IMG/VR virus record: IMGVR_UViG_3300001598_001736
Span: 1,297-65,296 of that record
Reading direction: 5' to 3' (one strand)
Source of the DNA: a virus
Lineage: Duplodnaviria > Caudoviricetes
DNA: 64,000 nucleotides
Below the pieces are notes generated by a model. It saw only the letters and a list, made by a program, of their open reading frames with translations. It was not told where the DNA came from and did not search any database. Positions 57,489 to 64,000 of this stretch are shown here, in pieces. The position numbers were made by a program, and so were the translations under genes. The first letter of the stretch is position 1. Each line of letters starts with the position of its first letter.

Positions 57489-58544
57489 ATGAATAATGAC
57501 TATCGTGTTTTTTATAAAAGCGGAAAATATGTTAATATTTTAGACTTAAGAACCAATAATTTTTTCAGACCGGATTACAATTGTGAAAAAGATTACCTAT
57601 ACGAAGAACGGTTGATAAACATTGACGGCCGGGATATTGATTTGTTGAACGAAGATAATATTTTAAAGATTAATACTTCAATAACGATTGAAGAAAACGG
57701 GACCTCGGTCGGCCGATTAGATAATGATTTGCGATTTTCTGCAAGCAGCTTATTGAAGCTCGGATATACCAAACAAGCACTGCTTGTTTATCGCAAAGCG
57801 TTGGATATAGCTGAAAGACATCTCCTTTTTTGGGAACCGAATATATTCATAAGCTATGTCGAATTATTGTATTCTTTTGATTACGATAGCGAAGCAGAAG
57901 AATACTGCGTACACATAAGAAAATTGATAAAAAAAAGAGACAAGCTAATTTCAGAATTGCCGAAAAATCAAATTAAGCTACATTTACAATTCTTGAAAAA
58001 AACGAGAAGCGATTATTTACAGGTTGGTTATCATTACAGTGCATCTGAGGATTGTGCAAAGCACAGAGCAAGAATATATTCTGTTTCCGGCAAAGACAAA
58101 AGATTTCCTAAAATCCCCAAATATGCTATAAAAAACGGAAAGTTTAATGATGAATGTATGTGCTCTATAACTCCTTGTTTAGATTATTTTCACATATTTG
58201 CAGGGGTTGACGAAAGCGGAAACTCAATTTCATATACAGGAGAAGAAGCGATAACATACAGCAATCGTCCTTTTGTTGATGATAGAACTCCAACAGAAGT
58301 AGAAAGCTATACAGACTGGAAAGAACGGCAAAGCATTCGACTTAATATGTATGTTGGCTTTGAAGAAAAGGCACGAAAAAAAGGAAAAAGAGAAAAAGCA
58401 TATCGTCTCATTTGTGAGAATTTGCCGGAAATTGCACCAAAATCAATAACTGGATTTGCAAATATGCAAAATAAGAACACCAAGAATTATCAAACACTTC
58501 GTGCTAAAATGCTCGAAAGAGGCATTGATATAGAAAATAACTAA
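57489..58544 (+). CDS. Hypothetical immunity-region protein (TPR-like + MuF-like segment)
   Basis: Between repressor and integrase; AT-rich; YHYSASEDCAKHRARIYSVSGKDKRFP. Confidence 0.7.
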   Translation: MNNDYRVFYKSGKYVNILDLRTNNFFRPDYNCEKDYLYEERLINIDGRDIDLLNEDNILKINTSITIEENGTSVGRLDNDLRFSASSLLKLGYTKQALLVYRKALDIAERHLLFWEPNIFISYVELLYSFDYDSEAEEYCVHIRKLIKKRDKLISELPKNQIKLHLQFLKKTRSDYLQVGYHYSASEDCAKHRARIYSVSGKDKRFPKIPKYAIKNGKFNDECMCSITPCLDYFHIFAGVDESGNSISYTGEEAITYSNRPFVDDRTPTEVESYTDWKERQSIRLNMYVGFEEKARKKGKREKAYRLICENLPEIAPKSITGFANMQNKNTKNYQTLRAKMLERGIDIENN

Positions 58545-58587
58545 AATTGATTTTGCTGTCAGAATAAAACTAAAAGGTAGTTGTTTT

Positions 58588-60108
58588 ATGGTAAACAAAG
58601 AAAACGCTGTAATATACGCTCGCTTTTCATCAAGCGGTCAAAGGGAAGAATCTATTGAGGGTCAGATTCGTGAATGTAAAGCTTTTGCGAATAGATATGA
58701 CCTTAATGTTATTGGTGAATACTGCGACCACGCATTGACCGGGACATCAGACAAGAGACCGGAGTTCCAGCGGATGATTCGTGATTCTGCAAAAGGTCAA
58801 TTTTCAACCGTAATAACATGGAAAAACGACCGTTTTGCTCGTAATCGTTATGATTCAGCTATTTATAAAGCCAAATTAAAGCAGAATGGCGTTCGTGTCC
58901 TTTACGCCAAAGAGAGCATTCCTGATGGCCCCGAAGGCATAATATTGGAGAGCGTAATGGAGGGATATGCAGAATATTACTCTGCAAATCTCAGTCAAAA
59001 TGTAAAACGAGGATTATACGATTCTGCTATGAAGCGCAAAACTCTTGGCCAGAGTGCATATGGCTTGAGGACAGCTCCAGATGGTAGATATGAATTGGAT
59101 CCCGCTACAGCTCCTGTTGTTAAACGCATATTTGAGGAATATGCAGCAGGAAAACCCTCTGTTGAAATTTGTAAGGGTTTAAACGAAGATGGATTTCGTA
59201 CTCTTCGTGGAGTGCAGTTTAAAAAAAATTCACTTCGGTCAATACTTAAAAATCAAAAATACTGTGGAATTTATCACTATGCAGATATAATTGATGAAAA
59301 CGGTATTCCTCCTATTGTAAGTAAAGAATTGTTTGAGAAGGTTCAAAAGATGATTCAAAAACATCATGAACAGCCAGCGGCAAAAAAAATAGACGGCGGT
59401 TTTCTTCTGTCGGGTAAGCTCTTTTGTGGTCATTGTGGAGAGCCGATGACAGGGGACGGAGGAACCAGTAAAACCGGCAAAGTATATTCCTATTACACTT
59501 GCAATAATCGAAGAAAGAAAAAATGCAATAAAGAGCGAGCTCCAAAGGACTGGATAGAGAATATAATAGTTGACCGTCTTGCTCAAATAGCAAACGATGA
59601 TAATATAATTCAGGAATTTGCTGACCGTTTTATGGTATGGCAAGAGAGCGAACAAAAAAAGACCGAATTACACGGTCTTGAAATTAAGCTAAAGCAAATA
59701 GAAAATGCCATACAGAATAATATGGCTGTCATTGATAGCGGCCTTGTTACTGATAGTATAAAAAGCCACCTTATAGAATTGGAAGCAGAGAAATCTGTTT
59801 TACAAAAGAGCATTGCAAAGGAGATGATAAAAGAGCCAATACTGGAGCGTGATACTGTTGTATATTTTTTGGAGCGTTTCAGAAACGGCGATACATCAGA
59901 CATTGCTTGGAGAATATTCTTGGTTGATACATTTTTGAAGGCTGCATACTTATATGACAATGGTGATTTGCTTTTGTGCTTAAATTTCAGCGGAAGCAAA
60001 AGCAAAATTACACATAAAATAGCTGAAAATGCAGTTGTAAACGGAGAGAATTTGTGTTCAAATTTCGCTCACTCTGCCCCGCCAGAAAGAGAAATTGCCG
60101 CAAGGTGA
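58588..60108 (+). CDS. Large serine recombinase (integrase)
   Basis: VIYARFSS catalytic Ser, RPEFQRMI, DRFARN, recombinase domain, Zn ribbon CGHCG...YYTC. Confidence 0.96.
   Translation: MVNKENAVIYARFSSSGQREESIEGQIRECKAFANRYDLNVIGEYCDHALTGTSDKRPEFQRMIRDSAKGQFSTVITWKNDRFARNRYDSAIYKAKLKQNGVRVLYAKESIPDGPEGIILESVMEGYAEYYSANLSQNVKRGLYDSAMKRKTLGQSAYGLRTAPDGRYELDPATAPVVKRIFEEYAAGKPSVEICKGLNEDGFRTLRGVQFKKNSLRSILKNQKYCGIYHYADIIDENGIPPIVSKELFEKVQKMIQKHHEQPAAKKIDGGFLLSGKLFCGHCGEPMTGDGGTSKTGKVYSYYTCNNRRKKKCNKERAPKDWIENIIVDRLAQIANDDNIIQEFADRFMVWQESEQKKTELHGLEIKLKQIENAIQNNMAVIDSGLVTDSIKSHLIELEAEKSVLQKSIAKEMIKEPILERDTVVYFLERFRNGDTSDIAWRIFLVDTFLKAAYLYDNGDLLLCLNFSGSKSKITHKIAENAVVNGENLCSNFAHSAPPEREIAAR
60056..60084 (+). 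other. Putative att junction (tRNA-3'-like ...CCGCCA)
   Basis: GTTCAAAT...CCCCGCCA inside the integrase 3' end, followed by a terminator. The same CCGCCA-terminator context recurs at 60225 after a tRNA-Ser-like 3' end. Confidence 0.5.
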
Positions 60109-60267
60109 TTTCTCTTTTTTTATAGGGATTCGAAGGAGAGGCGGTACAGAGCAACAGTCCGGTGGACTGTTGTGACCGCCGACGACCAAACGCCCGCAGG
60201 CGTGCGAGTCGAATCCCTAACTCTCCGCCAGAAAGAGAAATTGCCGCAAGGTGATTTCTCTTTTTTT
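60079..60267. repeat. 43-bp perfect direct repeat (60079-60121, 60225-60267) containing terminator hairpins, flanking a structured element
   Basis: ccgccagaaagagaaattgccgcaaggtgatttctcttttttt occurs twice. Inner element 60123-60219 has 11-bp terminal inverted repeats. Confidence 0.9.
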
Positions 60268-60307
60268 GCTCCTCACGGAAAGTTGAGGCTAAAACACAGG
60301 AGTAATT

Positions 60308-62425
60308 TTATTCAGCCGTATAACCTACAAGCTCGGAGCTGAGAGCTGAATCAAGCTTTATTCTTATGCCGTCTGCCGCAAGCTCTCTGCCGTTCGCTTC
60401 AAATTCAACCCCCGAATTATCAAGATATACTCTGTATTTTCTGCCCTCGGATATTCCTCTCGGTCTGATAACAATTTCGGCTCTTCCGCTTTTCGGTGCA
60501 GAGAAAACGGTGAAAAATCCTTTTTCGGCATTCGGAAGTGCAATTTCAAGACAGGTGAAGCCTTTTTCAACAATATCCTTTCTCGTCGGAGTGTGATGAT
60601 AAACAAGGCATTCGGGCAGAATGCTTCTGATTTCATTCTTATAAAGCTCAACGCTTCTTCCGATGAATCCCATCATATCGCTGTTCGGCTCAAGAATTGC
60701 AGGAGAAATAACATTCAGCGACATATGGCAGAGCATAGTGTTTCGCAGATGAGACTTCATATCGCCGAGATTATGGCATCCCATCCCTGCAAAAAGTCTG
60801 TCAACTCTTTCGGGCGGCAAAGCCATCGTCATGCCGTTTGTGATTTCGGTGCTTCGTGGCATAACCTGATTATCGCTGACCCATGTATGATTGAAATTCT
60901 TCATAAAGCCAAGGTCGGTTCTTCCACCTCCGCCTGCACAGTTTTCAAACACAACATCGGGATATTTTGCCTTGAGCCTTCCGTACATTTTTGCAATATT
61001 GGAATAATGTCTGAGAGCAATACATTCGTCATTCCTGTTGAAGCCGAAGCAGTCCGTGCCGTTGACATTATAATCTATTCTCAGCAGTTCAAGTCCGTAG
61101 GCTTCAATGACATATGAAATTTCGCTTTCAGCCCATTCAACAACCTCGGGATTTGAAAAATCAAGATAGCCCTCCGTTCTGCCGCCGAAAAGATTTCTGC
61201 CAACCCATTCAGGATGCTTCTCCTTTATTCCGCTCTTATCGCCGTATCTTTCCGGCTCCATCCACATTGCGAATTTCATGCCGATGCTATGGCAATAATC
61301 CCTTATCCGCATAAGTCCGTTATCGGGATAGCGTTCCTCGTTGATGCGATTTATTCCGTTATACGCATACCATTCCATCTCTTTATGAGGGGGGCAAACC
61401 CAACCTGCATCAATGATGAAAATTTCCGCTCCCATGTCGTGAAGCTGTTTAGCAAAGGAAATGGATGTTTCAACCGACATATCGTGCTCCGCACCCATTC
61501 CGCCGCCGACAGCAAGGTCAACAGCCGAGGGCAGAACACTTTTTCGGATGTGTTTTATTGATTCATTGACAGCTTTGTCAAGGTCACCGTGAACAATGCA
61601 GAAATGGATTTCCGGAGAAACAAACACCTCACCTGCTTCAAGAATATACAGCGGAGCATAGCCCGTCAGCTCAACCGAATAAGAAAGAGCTGAAAATCCG
61701 CAGGATGACCTCGAAGCATTGTTGAAGCTGAATCTTACTCCGCCGCTCCAACCGCATTGAATATTGAACATTTTTCCCGAAAGATTGTTCCTGATAAAAA
61801 CAGACGGATGGCGGAATCTTGATGCTCCGAATTTGCAGTCAACGCAGGTTGTGCCTGCCTGCAAAGGAGAAAAATCGAATTCTCCTTCTCTTCCCCAGTC
61901 GTCATTTCTGAAATATCCTATATCATAAACATTCTTTTCGTTTTCGTTATCAAGCCATGACACGCTTCCGAACTCCGTCTTTTCAAGACCACCGCCGTGA
62001 AGGACAAGCTTTGAAATTTTCTTCGGACCTTCCGAAAGATTTTTGATTTCAATATATCTCGTAAAAACATTGCTGCCGTCAACAAGCGTATGAATTCTGA
62101 ATTCAATTTCTTTATCGGCAGAAAGAAAAACCGCTTCTGCGTGTGTTCCGTCCTCTGAAGCCTCAAAGGCTTCAAATGAAAGACCCTTGCAAGCATCCTC
62201 GCCGTCAATAACGGCATTGAAGCTGAACGGCTCTGCAAATTCATACGGATTGAGCCTTGTGTTGCAGTTGCTCAGAACATTCAGCGGATAGCCTGCGGAA
62301 TTGTTGCCTGCGGAATAAAGAATTCCGTCTTCAAAGGATTCTTCAAGCACAGCCGTTCCCGAGCGATAGCAGAATACTCTTTCATTTTTATCAACGAATG
62401 ACGAAATATCAAAAAAGCTCTTCAT
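60308..62425 (-). CDS. Alpha-galactosidase (GH36), host gene
   Basis: FIIDAGW, FAMWMEPE, LRIDYN, FENCAGGGGR, WVSD. Confidence 0.9.
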   Translation of the reverse strand: MKSFFDISSFVDKNERVFCYRSGTAVLEESFEDGILYSAGNNSAGYPLNVLSNCNTRLNPYEFAEPFSFNAVIDGEDACKGLSFEAFEASEDGTHAEAVFLSADKEIEFRIHTLVDGSNVFTRYIEIKNLSEGPKKISKLVLHGGGLEKTEFGSVSWLDNENEKNVYDIGYFRNDDWGREGEFDFSPLQAGTTCVDCKFGASRFRHPSVFIRNNLSGKMFNIQCGWSGGVRFSFNNASRSSCGFSALSYSVELTGYAPLYILEAGEVFVSPEIHFCIVHGDLDKAVNESIKHIRKSVLPSAVDLAVGGGMGAEHDMSVETSISFAKQLHDMGAEIFIIDAGWVCPPHKEMEWYAYNGINRINEERYPDNGLMRIRDYCHSIGMKFAMWMEPERYGDKSGIKEKHPEWVGRNLFGGRTEGYLDFSNPEVVEWAESEISYVIEAYGLELLRIDYNVNGTDCFGFNRNDECIALRHYSNIAKMYGRLKAKYPDVVFENCAGGGGRTDLGFMKNFNHTWVSDNQVMPRSTEITNGMTMALPPERVDRLFAGMGCHNLGDMKSHLRNTMLCHMSLNVISPAILEPNSDMMGFIGRSVELYKNEIRSILPECLVYHHTPTRKDIVEKGFTCLEIALPNAEKGFFTVFSAPKSGRAEIVIRPRGISEGRKYRVYLDNSGVEFEANGRELAADGIRIKLDSALSSELVGYTAE

Positions 62426-62594
62426 GTTGAAAACCTCTCAAATTCTTCTTTTCTTGATAATAGCATTAAGGCGGATTCTTTTCAACAGTTATTTTTGTTT
62501 TCTCAAAAAACTTGCAAAATAATTCTGCATAAGCTATAATCAAGCTGTCAGACAGCGGTAAAGCAAAAACGCAACAGATAAGGAAGATAAGACT

Positions 62595-63359
62595 ATGGCA
62601 TTATGTAATATAAAATTTTTCAGCGAAGCTCTCGGAATGCAGACAGAGGTTTATGTTGTGCTTCCGCAGAAGAATCTCAACGGCGAAATCGGAGTTAACA
62701 CAGCCGTCAAAAAGGATAAATGCAAAAATCTTTATCTGCTCCACGGTCTGAGCGACGACCATTCAATATGGCTGCGCAGAACCTCAATTGAAAGATATGC
62801 CGCCGAATACGGAATTGCGGTCATCATGCCCTGTGCACACAAAAGCTTTTACTGCGATATGAAATACGGAATGAAATATTATCAATTCATTGCCGGAGAG
62901 CTTCCGCAGAGAATGAACGAATTCTTTGCTCTTTCAACGGAAAGAGAAGATAATTTCGTTGCAGGTCTTTCAATGGGCGGCTATGGTGCTCTTAAAATCG
63001 GATTGAGAAACTGCGATAATTTCTGTGCCTGTGCAGGTCTTTCGTCGGCAATCAATATGGGAAGACACTTCGGGGATGACATCTATAATTCAATTTTCGG
63101 AGCTGACAGTCCTGTTCCCGATGAAGATAACCTGTATTTTCTTGCAGAAGACCGCAAGAATAATCCCGACAAGCCGAGAATTTTTATGGGTTGCGGCACG
63201 GAGGATTTTCTCTATAAAGAAAATGTTGATTTCAGAGATAAGCTCAATTCACTCGGCTATGACCTTTGCTATAGGGAATCCAAGGGCGTTCATTGTTGGG
63301 AATTCTGGGATGAATATATTCAGTATGTTCTTGACTGGATGTTCAAAAAAAGCCGATGA
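62595..63359 (+). CDS. Esterase (alpha/beta hydrolase, tributyrin-esterase-like), host gene
   Basis: YLLHGLSDD, GLSMGG (GxSxG), CGTEDFL, GVHCWEFW. Confidence 0.9.
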   Translation: MALCNIKFFSEALGMQTEVYVVLPQKNLNGEIGVNTAVKKDKCKNLYLLHGLSDDHSIWLRRTSIERYAAEYGIAVIMPCAHKSFYCDMKYGMKYYQFIAGELPQRMNEFFALSTEREDNFVAGLSMGGYGALKIGLRNCDNFCACAGLSSAINMGRHFGDDIYNSIFGADSPVPDEDNLYFLAEDRKNNPDKPRIFMGCGTEDFLYKENVDFRDKLNSLGYDLCYRESKGVHCWEFWDEYIQYVLDWMFKKSR

Positions 63360-63392
63360 AACCAACGAATTTATAAAAAATTTTTTTAACTA

Positions 63393-63421
63393 TTGACATA
63401 TCCGGATTGATGTGATAGAAT
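63393..63421 (+). promoter_or_regulatory. Sigma-A promoter of the tRNA operon
   Basis: TTGACA-17bp-TAGAAT with TG extension and an A/T-rich UP element. Confidence 0.85.
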
Positions 63422-63436
63422 ATTGAAGCAGTTTAC

Positions 63437-63525
63437 GGAGAGATACCGAAGTGGTCATAACGGAACGGTCTTGAAAACCGTCGTACCTCCGGGTACCGTG
63501 GGTTCGAATCCCACTCTCTCCGCCA
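63437..63525 (+). tRNA. tRNA-Ser(TGA)
   Basis: GGAGAGA acceptor stem, anticodon loop CTTGAAA, long variable arm, GTTCGAATC, encoded CCA. Confidence 0.97.
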
Positions 63526-63575
63526 TTTCAATAATCGGAGAAATTTCATATAGAAATCATTAACGCTACCATCAT

Positions 63576-63666
63576 GGAGAAGTACTCAAGTTGGTGACGA
63601 GGCGCCCCTGCTAAGGGCGTAGGTCGGGTAACCGGCGCGAGAGTTCGAGTCTCTCCTTCTCCGCCA
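63576..63666 (+). tRNA. tRNA-Ser(GCT)
   Basis: GGAGAAG acceptor stem, anticodon loop CTGCTAA, long variable arm, GTTCGAGTC, encoded CCA. Confidence 0.97.
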
Positions 63667-63672
63667 AAAAAG

Positions 63673-64000
63673 CACAAGCAGATTTCTGCTTGTGTTTTTT
63701 TCTACGTGAGAAAAAGAGACCTGAACCGAGCGACGGGAACCGGCGCGGGGCGAACCGCCGAAGTGCCGCCGGTGGCGGATAAAGCGAGGCGGTGAGGTGA
63801 GCAAACACAGAACAATACACCCGCTCCAAGGGCGTATTGCGACAATGTTTGCGAGGGAAAATTCTGATGTTTCCTTCTCAGACGCTCAATTTCCACAAGC
63901 AGATTTCTGCTTGTGTTTTTTCTGCGTGAGAAAAAGAGGCCTGAACCGAGCGACGGGAACCGGCGCGGGGCGAACCGCCGAAGTGCCGCCGGTGGCGGAT
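63673..64000. repeat. ~221-bp tandem repeat downstream of tRNA-Ser(GCT)
   Basis: Units start at 63673 and 63894 with the palindrome cacaagcaga-tt-tctgcttgtg. Over the visible 107 bp they differ by 2 substitutions and 1 indel; the second copy is cut by the window end. Confidence 0.9.

Larger units (their letters stand above)
1..60084. mobile_element. Temperate siphovirus-type prophage (left end outside window)
   Basis: Ordered integrase, repressor/cro, replication, packaging, head, tail (tape measure, no sheath) and lysis modules. Host metabolic genes resume after ~60.3 kb. Right boundary is inferred; whether 1-1577 belongs to the phage is uncertain. Confidence 0.93.

Noticed and set aside
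60079-60267. Direct repeats as a mini CRISPR array
   Set aside because: Only two 43-bp copies, each a terminator hairpin; the 103-bp spacer is itself palindromic; no cas genes.
63437-63666. These tRNA-Ser genes as the prophage's integration site
   Set aside because: They are separated from the integrase by two intact host genes (3.3 kb); only the shared CCGCCA end matches.
63586-63896. ORFs overlapping tRNA-Ser(GCT) and the downstream repeat
   Set aside because: They overlap a clear tRNA and a GC-rich repeat; no RBS or recognisable protein features.

Overview
About 60 kb of this window is a temperate siphovirus-type prophage of a Clostridia-like (monoderm) host; the last ~4 kb is host DNA (GH36 alpha-galactosidase, an esterase, two tRNA-Ser genes). 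The prophage's right end is a large serine integrase at ~60.1 kb; its left end lies outside the window. Reading right to left on the minus strand: immunity switch, recombination/replication genes, three DNA methyltransferases, an ArpU/RinA-like late activator and promoter, a five-gene ParB/PAPS-reductase/transporter cassette, packaging, head, tail and lysis genes. Best-supported highlight: a complete diversity-generating retroelement (target-avd-TR-RT) inside the tail module. Its 123-bp TR and VR differ at 16 positions, all TR adenines, and the target is an 1880-aa multidomain tail protein. Other highlights: the coupled SSS-like transporter + 2 PP-loop (PAPS-reductase-like) + 2 ParB-like cassette heading the late operon (candidate DNA-modification system); a single-ORF holin-CHAP-SH3 fusion; a minor capsid protein with a His-rich toxin-like tail plus a candidate immunity gene; and a 53-aa antisense protein resembling the repressor's C-terminal helices (SinI-like). 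Protein families were recognised by eye from motifs; no database search was run.
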